The position numbers and the translations under genes are program-made. Source: an uncultured virus (IMG/VR IMGVR_UViG_3300009155_000061) (Duplodnaviria; Heunggongvirae; Uroviricota; Caudoviricetes). From it: a stretch of DNA of 64,000 bases. Below the pieces are notes generated by a model that saw only the letters and a program-made list of their open reading frames with translations, was not told the DNA's origin and ran no database searches. The DNA is taken from IMG/VR virus record IMGVR_UViG_3300009155_000061; one strand, 5' to 3'. This document shows, in pieces, positions 18,324 to 28,055 of this stretch; within the stretch, counting starts at the first letter, position 1; each line of letters begins with the position of its first letter.

Positions 18324-20909
18324 GTGTATCGTAGTGTAGCCTATTTACCAAGAGATCAGCTCATGCGTCTTTTTACCTGGGACGAGAATGGGAAGCGTAT
18401 AACTTTAGATTCAACGTTTGAGCCTTATATATATCTTGAAACAAATAATCACCCAGACACTACAAGTATCTTCAATACGAAGTTAAAGAAGAAGAGATTT
18501 AAAAATCAAGCTGAACGCTCGCGGTACCTCAAGGATAATAAAGTTACCAGAGTTTTTGAAAACCTAAATATTCAGCAACAGTTTCTTATTGATACATTCT
18601 GGAAGGAGAATGAAAAGCCGGAGTTTACTAAAAACGATCTTAAGGTGTTGTTTATTGATATTGAGACATATAGTCCTGATGAATTTCCCAAGTCAGAAGA
18701 CCCACAGCATCCTATTAATATTATTACAGTCTATGATTCACTTAGAAAGCACTTTATCACATGGGGACTTAAGCCATATAATAAGAAGAATGAAAGCCAT
18801 ACGTACATATACTGTAAGACTGAGAAAGATCTTTTAGCTAAGTTCTTAAGTTATTTTACTTCTGATTATCCTGATATTTTATCTGGATGGAATAGTGAAT
18901 TCTTCGACGTACCTTATATTGTAAATAGAATTACCCGTATTCTTGGGGAAGAAGAAACTAAAAAATTATCACCTGTTGGATATATACGCCCAATTACCTT
19001 TACAGGTCGATTCGGTAGAGAGCAAGTACATTGGCATTTAGAGGGTGTCTCATGCGTCGATTATTTAGATATTTATAGACGATTTTGCCCGACGTTGAGA
19101 GAGTCATATAAGCTCGATGCTATTGGTCAGACAGAACTCGGAGAGAATAAGATTGATTATGGTGATACAAATCTTGCAAGCTTAGCTGATGATAATTGGG
19201 AGCTGTTTGTTGATTATAACGTACAAGACGTTAATCTCTTAGTCAGATTAGAATCAAAGCTACAATACCTACAGCTTCTTAGAATGATTGCATATGCTGG
19301 GTTAACCACATTTGAAGGAGCTCTAGGCTCTTTATCAGTAATTACAGGTCTTTGTGCTATAAGAGCTCGTACACGCGATCAGCGTATACCTACATTCAAT
19401 AAAACAAATACAAGTGAAGAGCAAAACGCAGGTGCTTATGTAGGTGAACCGCGCAAAGGATTTCAAGAGCATATTGTATCTTTTGATGCTAATAGTCTGT
19501 ATCCAAACGTTATGATAACGTTAAATCTTTCTCCTGAAACGAAAGTTGGATCTATTATTGACAAGACTGATAAAGACGTTACTATTAAACATGTAAACGG
19601 TCAGACTTTTACGTTATCGCACAAAAGTTTTGTTGACTTTATTCAAAAGGAAGAGATAGCAATTTCGAAGGCTAAAGTTCTTTTTACACAAAAAGAAAAA
19701 GGCATTATTCCTATTACTGTAGATCACTTTTATAAAAAGAGAGTTGAAATTAAAAAGAAGCTTAACACGCTTAAACGTAAAATCGTAAACATCGAAAAAA
19801 CCGCACCTGAGTATGCAAATCTTAAACATGAGATTGATAATTTAAATATTACTCAACACACTATCAAGATTCTTATTAATACAATTTACGGTTACTTTGG
19901 TAACAAGCACAGCCCTCTTGGTGATGATGAATTAGCTGAATCTATTACACTCACCGGGCAAGCAGTTATTAAGGAATCAAATAGACTTCTAGAGAATTAT
20001 ATTAAGGAAAAAGCTAAACTTACCGATCAAGATATTTTAGAAGATACACCCATTATCTACAACGATACGGATAGCTCATATATTTCTATTAAACATATAG
20101 TAAAAAATACTGGATTAAAGATGCTAGATTCTAAAGGTAAAATTACTCAAGAATATTACAAACAGGTACAAGATATTGAAGATTATCTCAATGAAAATAT
20201 TATTAAGTGGGGCCAGCAAGCGCTTGGTTCTAAAGATTGTCGTTTTGTTTTCAAGCGCGAGGCAATTGCAGATAGCGGTCTCTTTCTACAGAAAAAACGA
20301 TATGTGCTACATGTTTTAGACGAAGAAGGTATTCCTTGTGATAAATTTAAGTATACAGGCGTTGAGGTTGTTCGAACAACCATGCCTGCTCCTATTAAGC
20401 CTTATGTAAAAAAGATTATTGAGACAATGCTTCTTACTCGTGATCTCGCTACTACAAATAAAATCTTTAATGAAACATATGATATCTTTAAAAAGCTTCC
20501 TATTGAAGATATTGCCTTTGTAATGGGTGTTAAAGGTTATGAGAAATATGCTGCGCAATGCGACGCGTTTAAAACCGCAAAACATATGCCTATTCACGTC
20601 AAAGCAGCTTATTTTTATAATATTCTTTTAGACAGATTCAATACTGGTAAAAAGTACGAAAAAATATCGTCCGGTGATAAAGTAAGATATTTTTATGCTC
20701 GACAACCTAATAAATTTGGTATTACAACAATAGGATACAAATATGATTTCCCTAAAGAATTTACAAATACATTTGAGCTCGACTATGAGTTAATGTTTGA
20801 AAAGATTATTTTCTCTGTTATAGAGAGATTCTATGAAGCCGTTAATTGGAAGCTTTATTCTCCTGGATCACAGGTACAGACAGATCTTTTTGAACTTCTT
20901 GGTATTTAA
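18324..20909 (+). CDS. family B DNA polymerase (gp43)
   Basis: Exonuclease DIETY, GWNSEFFD, YNVQD; polymerase SFDANSLYP, KILINTIYG, YNDTDS, KKRY. Confidence 0.96.
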   Translation: MYRSVAYLPRDQLMRLFTWDENGKRITLDSTFEPYIYLETNNHPDTTSIFNTKLKKKRFKNQAERSRYLKDNKVTRVFENLNIQQQFLIDTFWKENEKPEFTKNDLKVLFIDIETYSPDEFPKSEDPQHPINIITVYDSLRKHFITWGLKPYNKKNESHTYIYCKTEKDLLAKFLSYFTSDYPDILSGWNSEFFDVPYIVNRITRILGEEETKKLSPVGYIRPITFTGRFGREQVHWHLEGVSCVDYLDIYRRFCPTLRESYKLDAIGQTELGENKIDYGDTNLASLADDNWELFVDYNVQDVNLLVRLESKLQYLQLLRMIAYAGLTTFEGALGSLSVITGLCAIRARTRDQRIPTFNKTNTSEEQNAGAYVGEPRKGFQEHIVSFDANSLYPNVMITLNLSPETKVGSIIDKTDKDVTIKHVNGQTFTLSHKSFVDFIQKEEIAISKAKVLFTQKEKGIIPITVDHFYKKRVEIKKKLNTLKRKIVNIEKTAPEYANLKHEIDNLNITQHTIKILINTIYGYFGNKHSPLGDDELAESITLTGQAVIKESNRLLENYIKEKAKLTDQDILEDTPIIYNDTDSSYISIKHIVKNTGLKMLDSKGKITQEYYKQVQDIEDYLNENIIKWGQQALGSKDCRFVFKREAIADSGLFLQKKRYVLHVLDEEGIPCDKFKYTGVEVVRTTMPAPIKPYVKKIIETMLLTRDLATTNKIFNETYDIFKKLPIEDIAFVMGVKGYEKYAAQCDAFKTAKHMPIHVKAAYFYNILLDRFNTGKKYEKISSGDKVRYFYARQPNKFGITTIGYKYDFPKEFTNTFELDYELMFEKIIFSVIERFYEAVNWKLYSPGSQVQTDLFELLGI

Positions 20910-20946
20910 TAGTTGATTTTTTATACTAGGTATTTAAATTAATTAT

Positions 20947-21315
20947 ATGTCAAACGAAAATATTGTAACTTTTATTGATCACATCGGCCGTACCATGATT
21001 GGTACATTAGTTAAGGAAGATAAAACACATCTTCATGTTAAGAACCCTGCTATTATCCACGTGCAGCCCACACAGCAAGGTCAACTTAACGTACAAACAA
21101 TTCCTCTCTATTTTAGAGAATTTGTCGGCGAAAAAGCAAAGACAGAGGGTACTGTTTGGAAGTTTAACTTTAATAATATTGTTCTCGGTGTTGATATTCA
21201 GAATGATGAGCGCCTTGTTGATCAGTATGTGAAGCTGTTTTCAGCTCCTCTTGCTGCAACTGGCACTTCTAGTGCACCGTCTTCTGACAAAGTAATTAAG
21301 TTGTTTGACGAGTAA
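20947..21315 (+). CDS. hypothetical protein (possible Sm-like beta fold)
   Basis: 122 aa ORF between pol and uvsX. Confidence 0.7.
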   Translation: MSNENIVTFIDHIGRTMIGTLVKEDKTHLHVKNPAIIHVQPTQQGQLNVQTIPLYFREFVGEKAKTEGTVWKFNFNNIVLGVDIQNDERLVDQYVKLFSAPLAATGTSSAPSSDKVIKLFDE

Positions 21316-21322
21316 TTTTTAC

Positions 21323-21350
21323 TTGTTTTTAATTTAACTTCATATATACT
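21323..21350 (+). promoter_or_regulatory. sigma70-type promoter of uvsX (TTGTTT-N16-TATACT, 6 nt before ATG)
   Basis: Read directly. Confidence 0.6.
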
Positions 21351-21356
21351 GGATCT

Positions 21357-22475
21357 ATGAATAAAGATCTTAATAAAGTATTCGCGTCGTTAGATAAGTT
21401 AAATTCAGAAGCATCCTTCTTAAACGAAAATGCACTTAGTAAAGTTGATCAGTGGTTTGATACAGGATGCTATGCTCTTAATGCTATTCTCGGCGGGAGT
21501 TGCCGCAATGGTGGCGTTCCTCAAGGAAGAATAACGGGGTTTTCAGGTCCTAGTCAAACAGGTAAGACCTTTATTGTCAATAAGATTCTTGCTACTGCAC
21601 AAAAGAAAGGATTAACACCCGTCATATTTGATACCGAAATTGCCATTGATGAAAATAGCACAAAGGGTGTTGGGTTAAATCCTGAAACTACAAAATATGT
21701 ACCGGTAGACACTATTGATCAGTGCCGTAATCAAATTGGTGCGTTTCTTGATAGCGTAATTGAAAACAATGCTAAAGGTAAATTTATTATTAGCATCGAC
21801 AGTCTTGGTAACCTTGCCTCACAGAAGGAGCTGGATGACGTAGCAAAAGATAAATCAGCATCTGATATGGGACTACGAGCTAAATCGCTCAAGAGTATGT
21901 TCCGTACGTTAACGTTTAAAGCAGCTAAGGCCGGAGTTACGATCTTGTTTACCAACCATACATACGAGGATCCGGCTTCAATGTTCCCTAGTCTTGTAAA
22001 GAATCAAGCTGGAGGCTCAGGACCCGTATACATGGCCAGTATTCTTGTACAGCTTGCAAAACGTCATGAGAAAGAAGGTGAAGGCGATTCAATGGATATT
22101 GATGATAAGAAGCTTTCAGAAGCAAATAAATATTCCGGTACAACTCTAAGAGCATTAACTGTTAAGAATCGCTTTCTTCCTCCGTTTCTAGAGACAGAAA
22201 TGTACCTCTCGTTCAAGACTGGACTTAACAAGTATAGTGGGTTGCTTGGTATGGCAGCTGCAAGAGGTATTGTTGAACAAAGCGGAGCAACATATACTGT
22301 CGGTATAACATGCGGTAAGTATAAAAAAGGTGATAAACTCGGTTATGCAAAGACTTTTGCTAAAGATCCCGCTTTCTACGAGGAATTTATTATTCCAGAA
22401 CTCGACAAGCGCTTAGCTGATGAATACAAATACAACGCAAATGAAGCGCAAGGCGAAGAAGAACCCGTCGAGTAA
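21357..22475 (+). CDS. uvsX: RecA-like recombinase UvsX
   Basis: DTGCYALN, GPSQTGKT, FDTE, IDSLGNL, DMGLRAK, TNHTY, KNRF. Confidence 0.93.
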   Translation: MNKDLNKVFASLDKLNSEASFLNENALSKVDQWFDTGCYALNAILGGSCRNGGVPQGRITGFSGPSQTGKTFIVNKILATAQKKGLTPVIFDTEIAIDENSTKGVGLNPETTKYVPVDTIDQCRNQIGAFLDSVIENNAKGKFIISIDSLGNLASQKELDDVAKDKSASDMGLRAKSLKSMFRTLTFKAAKAGVTILFTNHTYEDPASMFPSLVKNQAGGSGPVYMASILVQLAKRHEKEGEGDSMDIDDKKLSEANKYSGTTLRALTVKNRFLPPFLETEMYLSFKTGLNKYSGLLGMAAARGIVEQSGATYTVGITCGKYKKGDKLGYAKTFAKDPAFYEEFIIPELDKRLADEYKYNANEAQGEEEPVE

Positions 22476-23190
22476 AGTAGTTGTCCCTATTTCTGGGGGA
22501 ATGGACAGTACTGTACTGTTGCATTTAGCTGCTAGCAAGTACGATAAAATAATTGCAGTTAACTATGATTATGGTCAAAAGCACCGTGATAAAGAGCTTA
22601 ACTGCGCATCATTTCAGATTGAATCGATCGATATACCGGTCGACAGTCAACACATAAAATTACCGTTTTTTAAAGATATTTGTCAAGTATCTTCACTTCT
22701 CAACAACAAGGTCGCAGTAGCTAAGGCTAAAGATGTAATGGGTGATCCGCAGACGGTAAACTATGTTCCATATAGAAACTTAATGCTTCTTAGTATTTCA
22801 CTTGCAATAGCAGAGAACTACGGGGCTAACACTGTTTTACATGGAGCCGCGCAAGCCGATAGCGTTGCAGGATTTTGGGATGGGAGCGAAGAATTCTTAG
22901 AGCAAATTAATAATGTATCAGCTTTGAACCGTAGAAATAAAATTGTAGTTGAGGCGCCATTAATTGATAAATCAAAGGAAGAAATAATAAAACTCGGTAT
23001 TAAACTTAATGTAGATTTTAGTCAAACCTGGACCTGCTATGAGGGAGAAGAACAGGCTTGCGGTGAATGTACCGCGTGCTCTTTGCGCATTAAAGGCTTT
23101 ATAGATTCAGGGTATATAGACCAGATTTCATATAAAATTACGATACCTTGGAAGAAGTATAACTGTAAGCTTATTGATCACCGTAACTAA
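22441..23190 (+). CDS. queC: 7-cyano-7-deazaguanine synthase QueC
   Basis: SGGMDST, YGQKH, YVPYRN, TWTCY, CGECTACSLR. Confidence 0.95.
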   Translation: MKRKAKKNPSSKVVVPISGGMDSTVLLHLAASKYDKIIAVNYDYGQKHRDKELNCASFQIESIDIPVDSQHIKLPFFKDICQVSSLLNNKVAVAKAKDVMGDPQTVNYVPYRNLMLLSISLAIAENYGANTVLHGAAQADSVAGFWDGSEEFLEQINNVSALNRRNKIVVEAPLIDKSKEEIIKLGIKLNVDFSQTWTCYEGEEQACGECTACSLRIKGFIDSGYIDQISYKITIPWKKYNCKLIDHRN

Positions 23191-24079
23191 AGCTACCAGG
23201 GTCGCGACCAACTCTTCCGGGTAAGGCGCCCATATTTCTTAATTCACTCGTTACATCATCATCTTCTGGGATATCATCAACAGTTGGTGATTCTCCCGTG
23301 CCTTCACCTTCTTTTGCCTCACTTGCAGGTGTGTAGCTATTTTTAAATTTAAGTGAATCAATAAAGTCTCTAATTAATTCTTTATCTTTTGCCTTGGTAT
23401 CATCGTAAGCACGTCTTGTTGCTTCAATTACTTCGTTTTCTAGTTCTGGTGATTCATATAAATCACCTTTTTCAATTTTTATTTCGTCAGGTAGCTCTAC
23501 AAAAATTGGCATGAACTCTTTAATAAACTTAGTTAACGGATTTTTTAAATATGTGTTAGATTTAGCAGCAACATCTAGAGGTGAACCATCTGGCGACTCT
23601 GCACCAGTAACAGCTTGATCTTTCATTCCTGATACAACAGCTTGCTTAACCTTTACTGGTGTTGTGTTAACACCGCCCTCAGCATCTACTCTTACAACAT
23701 TAAGAAGATTATCAATTACACGTGCGGTATATTTAGCCTCTGTACCACCGAGTTTTAATTCTGACTTAATTAAATTCTCTAAATCTGTACAAAATTTCAT
23801 CTTACTACCAGGATAGAAAAGCTGATATTCTGTCCCATCAACAACATGAGAACTAGGCTTAAACAGCTTTGTTTTAATAGCAGCTAATAGATTATTGGCA
23901 ATATCTGCTTTTGTCTTACCTTCTCTAGCCGCGGCTTTACCTACCCCGTACCCGCCGCCTGGTGCTTTTTCGATATCACCGGTATAACCCATATCGCCCA
24001 TGCCGTAAATAGGTGCTTCTGAAAGTACTTTTTTGTTCTTTAAATATGCTTCAAATATAAGACTACAATCATTATTCAT
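23171..24079 (-). CDS. hypothetical late protein, possible internal virion protein
   Basis: 302 aa; TAAATA 24087-24092; N-terminus MNNDCSLIFEAY. Confidence 0.75.
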   Translation of the reverse strand: MNNDCSLIFEAYLKNKKVLSEAPIYGMGDMGYTGDIEKAPGGGYGVGKAAAREGKTKADIANNLLAAIKTKLFKPSSHVVDGTEYQLFYPGSKMKFCTDLENLIKSELKLGGTEAKYTARVIDNLLNVVRVDAEGGVNTTPVKVKQAVVSGMKDQAVTGAESPDGSPLDVAAKSNTYLKNPLTKFIKEFMPIFVELPDEIKIEKGDLYESPELENEVIEATRRAYDDTKAKDKELIRDFIDSLKFKNSYTPASEAKEGEGTGESPTVDDIPEDDDVTSELRNMGALPGRVGRDPGSFSYGDQ

Positions 24080-24080
24080 C

Positions 24081-24128
24081 TTGAATTATTTATTCTTATA
24101 CATATAATAATTAGGAGGTATAAGACAT
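24081..24128 (+). promoter_or_regulatory. promoter TTGAAT-N16-TATAAT, Shine-Dalgarno AGGAGG (24113-24118) and 8-bp inverted repeat upstream of the amidotransferase
   Basis: Read directly; TCTTATAC 24094-24101 pairs with GTATAAGA 24118-24125. Confidence 0.6.
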
Positions 24129-24812
24129 ATTTGCGGCATATTTGGCTCTAAAGACTTTACACGGTATATAAAGCTTTATGATAGTAATAAGAAGAGAGGT
24201 ACATTCTCTTATGGCGGGCTATTGATCGATACAAAGATACACGCTTTATTAAAAAGCCCGGGAAAAGCTACTTTGACAAAGAAAATGATAATTGAGTACG
24301 GTAAAAAGAAAAAAAGCATTACCGACTTTACGTATTTTCTCGGACATACACAAGCCCCGACATCAGCAAAAAGAGATTTTTCCCCTAAGACGTCACATCC
24401 TTTTCAGTATAAGAACTGGGTTATTGCGCATAATGGCGTCTTGACGAACGATAAAATTATAAGAAAAACTATCGTTGATAAAAAAGCTTTTAATATTGTG
24501 GATTCGTCAGTTATTGCGCCTCTTATCTATCAAATGCAAACTGAATGTAAGGATGAGGTAACTGCGATTGCTCGAACACTATCCTGCTTACAAGGTACTT
24601 TTGGGTTATGGATGTATAATCAAAAAACCGGTCATATATACATTGCACGGTCTGGAAGTACTGTATATGCTGACTTTTTAAATAACGAGTTTTCGTCGCT
24701 ATTAGAAAAAGGATTTGTTGCTCTCGAGGAAGGATTAATTTACCTACTAACACCTGAAGGCATTACTTCAGTTGGTCGCTTTAAACCGAACTCACCTTTT
24801 TTTACACCATGA
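24129..24812 (+). CDS. class II (Ntn) glutamine amidotransferase; probable ATT start
   Basis: Extending the track ORF upstream in frame gives (I/M)CGIFGS...KRG; downstream GHTQAPT, HPF, AHNGVLTN, VDS, QGTFG, ARSG. Confidence 0.85.
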   Translation: MCGIFGSKDFTRYIKLYDSNKKRGTFSYGGLLIDTKIHALLKSPGKATLTKKMIIEYGKKKKSITDFTYFLGHTQAPTSAKRDFSPKTSHPFQYKNWVIAHNGVLTNDKIIRKTIVDKKAFNIVDSSVIAPLIYQMQTECKDEVTAIARTLSCLQGTFGLWMYNQKTGHIYIARSGSTVYADFLNNEFSSLLEKGFVALEEGLIYLLTPEGITSVGRFKPNSPFFTP

Positions 24813-25489
24813 AAATAGCTTTTTATTTTTGTACCCGAAGTGCTCGAGCAGAAGATACAATAACCTTTAAATCGCTTTCGAGAATAAAAGAAAAAAATAA
24901 TGATTTTGATATTTTCTTTAGTGCAAATAATACTACAGGGCTAAGTAAAAATTATAATCAAATTCTTAACAAGCATCAAAGTAATTACGATTATATTGTT
25001 TTTATTCATGATGACGTATATGTTGATGATTTTAATATATGCGACAAATTAGCTAAAGCGCACGAGCAGTTTGATATTGTTGGGTTAGCAGGAGGTATTA
25101 ATCCTAGAATCACCACACATGCCTTATGGCATATTATGTGCGGTGGTTTTAATAGCGGTAATCTACGAGGTGCAGTAGCACATTATATAAACGAAACACA
25201 ATTTTTTATGACAAGCTTTGGCATTACACCCGCGCGTGTTGTTATACTTGACGGCCTGTTTTTAAGCGTTTCAACCGCATCAGCTATAAAATCGAATTGG
25301 AAATTTAATGAAAACTATTCTTTTCATCATTATGATATAGCCAGCTGTATTGATGCAAATAAAAAGAAATTAAAGCTTGGTGTGTATCCTATATGGACGA
25401 TACATAAATCGCCGGGCCTTTTAGACCCTGCCAGTAAAACGTTTCTCAAGAGCCAAGAAAAGTTTATTGAAGAATATAGTTCTAATTGA
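24809..25489 (+). CDS. glycosyltransferase (GT-A, GT2-like)
   Basis: YN..L, FIHDDVY acidic motif, VGLAG, LDGLFL, FHHYD, HKSPG; ATGA overlap with the amidotransferase. Confidence 0.78.
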   Translation: MKIAFYFCTRSARAEDTITFKSLSRIKEKNNDFDIFFSANNTTGLSKNYNQILNKHQSNYDYIVFIHDDVYVDDFNICDKLAKAHEQFDIVGLAGGINPRITTHALWHIMCGGFNSGNLRGAVAHYINETQFFMTSFGITPARVVILDGLFLSVSTASAIKSNWKFNENYSFHHYDIASCIDANKKKLKLGVYPIWTIHKSPGLLDPASKTFLKSQEKFIEEYSSN

Positions 25490-25522
25490 TAATTTCTAAA
25501 AAGCACTTATAATAAGCTTTGT

Positions 25523-26845
25523 ATGGCTAAGCTCGATTTAGATTACTTTGAAACAATTATAGCTTACAAATCACTAACCGATGAAACGTATCTCGGTTCT
25601 ATAGTAGATCATATCAAGCCTTTATTTTTTAAGAATAAAGATATTAAAGCTGTTTTTAATATTATTCGCGATTTTTATGAAAAGAGAGGTACTAAACCTT
25701 CCATTACTGAAATTAAAACACATCTTATAACAGATGAACTAAAAGCTTCTCTTAAAAACGTTGTTGCTCTTTTCGCAAACGTAGAAAAGAATTTTAATAA
25801 TGATGAGCTTCTAGCTAACACCGAACAGTTTTTAAAAGAAAAAGGCGTTTATCATACTATGATGGATGTTGTCGAAGATATTAATAAGAGTGAAGTCGAT
25901 ACCTCTAAAATTTTAGATAAATTTGAAAAAGCTTGCAGCGTTAGCTTAGTTACTGATGTAGGTTTAGATTTGTTTGGAGATATTGATAAGGTAATTGCCG
26001 ATCTTAACTCGAATGAGAAATATATACCTTCTGGGTGGAAATGGCTTGATGAAAAGATCGGCGGAGGCTTTCTAGAAAACGGAAGAGCACTATATCTCTT
26101 TGCAGGCGAGACGAATATTGGTAAGAGTATATTCTTGGGTAATATTGCTACCAACATTGCTAAACAGGGAAAGACCGTTTTGTTAGTTTCACTTGAAATG
26201 CCTGAGCTTGTTTATGCAAAACGACTCGCGTCAAGCGTATCAAAAATACCGCTATCTCAATTAAAAATCGAATCTGATACTTTAAAGAATCAGATTACAG
26301 AATACTGCGTAGAGAATCCAACATCGAAGATTATTATTAAAGAATTTCCACCCGCTACAATTACAGCAAACCACTTAAAGGCGTATATTAAAAAGCTTAC
26401 TCAAAAAGGTATTAAGATTGATGCTATTGTTCTTGATTATGTGAATTTGCTCAATTCAACCATGGGCGATAGTAGCTACGAAAGAATTAAAATTTGTACC
26501 GAGCAGCTTCGAGCACTTACTTACGCGTTTAGCTGCCCTATTATTTCTGCTACACAGCTCAATCGCGACGGATACGAAATAACTGATCCCGGTCTTAAGA
26601 CAATCTCTGAAAGCATTGGACTTGCTATGACCGGTGACGTAATTTTAAGTATATGGCAAGAAGATACGGATAAGGAACTAGGGGTAATCAAGATGGGGTT
26701 CATGAAGAATAGATTTGGGCCTAATTTCGGTCATTGCTCAATGAGAATTGATTATTCAACTTTATCTATTACAGAAGATGAACATATTAACGACACGGAG
26801 GGAAGCACGTCAACAATTAATACACTTTCTAAGTTATCCTTGTAA
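25523..26845 (+). CDS. replicative helicase gp41 (DnaB-like)
   Basis: GETNIGKS, SLEM, IKEFPP, LDYVNL, SATQLNR, SESIG, KNRFG. Confidence 0.93.
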   Translation: MAKLDLDYFETIIAYKSLTDETYLGSIVDHIKPLFFKNKDIKAVFNIIRDFYEKRGTKPSITEIKTHLITDELKASLKNVVALFANVEKNFNNDELLANTEQFLKEKGVYHTMMDVVEDINKSEVDTSKILDKFEKACSVSLVTDVGLDLFGDIDKVIADLNSNEKYIPSGWKWLDEKIGGGFLENGRALYLFAGETNIGKSIFLGNIATNIAKQGKTVLLVSLEMPELVYAKRLASSVSKIPLSQLKIESDTLKNQITEYCVENPTSKIIIKEFPPATITANHLKAYIKKLTQKGIKIDAIVLDYVNLLNSTMGDSSYERIKICTEQLRALTYAFSCPIISATQLNRDGYEITDPGLKTISESIGLAMTGDVILSIWQEDTDKELGVIKMGFMKNRFGPNFGHCSMRIDYSTLSITEDEHINDTEGSTSTINTLSKLSL

Positions 26846-26880
26846 GTGATGGATTTATCATTATCGGTCAATAATTAGAT

Positions 26881-27189
26881 TTGACCGTGAAACTATGCGA
26901 TCCATCAGAACAATTAACAGTATTTGAGCAAAACCACCTGTTTCTTTCATTTTGTTCATTTGTATCGTTAAACCATACAAAAAAACTCAACTTAGCTAAC
27001 GTATTTATTTGTTTACTCAAAGATAAAAATTTGCGAGATATGTTTAAAAGCTATTGTGACCATAAAAATGATTATTCTGCCATTAAATTTTTCTTGCAAT
27101 TCGACTCTAGCTTATATAAAAGTAAATACGTCATGAAGTTTTTAAATAGTAAAAAGAACGGAGCATTATTTGAAAATGAAAAAAATTAA
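26881..27189 (+). CDS. hypothetical protein
   Basis: 102 aa ORF in the replication operon; start uncertain. Confidence 0.6.
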   Translation: MTVKLCDPSEQLTVFEQNHLFLSFCSFVSLNHTKKLNLANVFICLLKDKNLRDMFKSYCDHKNDYSAIKFFLQFDSSLYKSKYVMKFLNSKKNGALFENEKN

Positions 27190-27382
27190 TGCTAAAGTAA
27201 ATCTCGATCCTAAGAAGAGCACAGATAAGGCTTATTTTGATAGAGCGTGGAGGAAGTTTAATAGTGAATTTCTCAAATCTGGAGTTATTGACGATCTTCG
27301 GCTAAGACGTTGTTATTATAAACCCAGCGCGCTACGAAAAGTAAAGAAACAACTTACACGTAACAAGTGGAAGTTTTATTGA
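27176..27382 (+). CDS. rpsU: ribosomal protein bS21 homolog
   Basis: FDRAWRKFNSEFLKSGVIDDLRLRRCYYKPSALRK aligns by eye to the bS21 core (F..ALRRFK....K.G.L.E.R.R..YEKPS..RK). Confidence 0.8.
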   Translation: MKKINAKVNLDPKKSTDKAYFDRAWRKFNSEFLKSGVIDDLRLRRCYYKPSALRKVKKQLTRNKWKFY

Positions 27383-28023
27383 TGTCAGAATACGAAAAAT
27401 TCATTTACAATACATATTTAAAGGTTTTTCGGTCAAGCAACAATCAACCCTATAGGTTGAGAAAGGACTTTAATAGTATTGATGATAAGACATTTATTTG
27501 TATAAAGAAGCTTTCATCGTTTTTTAAGCGCTTTGCGCATATCAATATTGAGGATTTTTTTCGCGCTCCCTACTTACTCTATCCTGATGAAAAACATTTT
27601 GCTTTAGATTATTATACTACACTCAAAGCTACAAAGTCTTACACATTAGCACAAAAGAAAAAGATTAATTCAGATCCCGACAGCGAAGAGCAATTAACAA
27701 ATATTAAGCAATCACTGCTCTTTATTTTGAGATTTTGTAGAGAGCGCAACCTAAATCCGCAAAATTATATTAATCATAAAACAAATAACGAATATTCATT
27801 TACTCTTCACCTTAAAGAACATAAAGTAAATTTGTTTGTACTCTTAGGATATCAAAACTTTGAAAAGAATTTAAAATCACGTGATGCTGAGGTTATAAAA
27901 TTTATAATCGGTGATGACGTATACAATAATATACAAGTATTTAGAACTAAGCTATTTAACTCTAAAAAAGCCAACAAATTAGTCGAGCTCGGGCTTCAAA
28001 AAATAATTCAACATTGTTCTTGA
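27382..28023 (+). CDS. hypothetical protein, possibly gp59-like helicase loader
   Basis: TGATG coupling to bS21; size, basic character and position just upstream of gp32 as in T4. Confidence 0.4.
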   Translation: MSEYEKFIYNTYLKVFRSSNNQPYRLRKDFNSIDDKTFICIKKLSSFFKRFAHINIEDFFRAPYLLYPDEKHFALDYYTTLKATKSYTLAQKKKINSDPDSEEQLTNIKQSLLFILRFCRERNLNPQNYINHKTNNEYSFTLHLKEHKVNLFVLLGYQNFEKNLKSRDAEVIKFIIGDDVYNNIQVFRTKLFNSKKANKLVELGLQKIIQHCS

Positions 28024-28048
28024 TTTTATTTTATTTATATTATATACT
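28020..28048 (+). promoter_or_regulatory. sigma70-type promoter of gp32 (TTGATT-N17-TATACT, 7 nt before ATG)
   Basis: Read directly. Confidence 0.6.
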
Positions 28049-28055
28049 TTAACCT

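Noticed and set aside
19860..20080. Polymerase motif variants (KILINTIYG, YNDTDS) as adaptation to modified nucleotides
   Set aside because: Such substitutions occur among family B polymerases, and deazaguanine insertion is normally post-replicative; no evidence of special function
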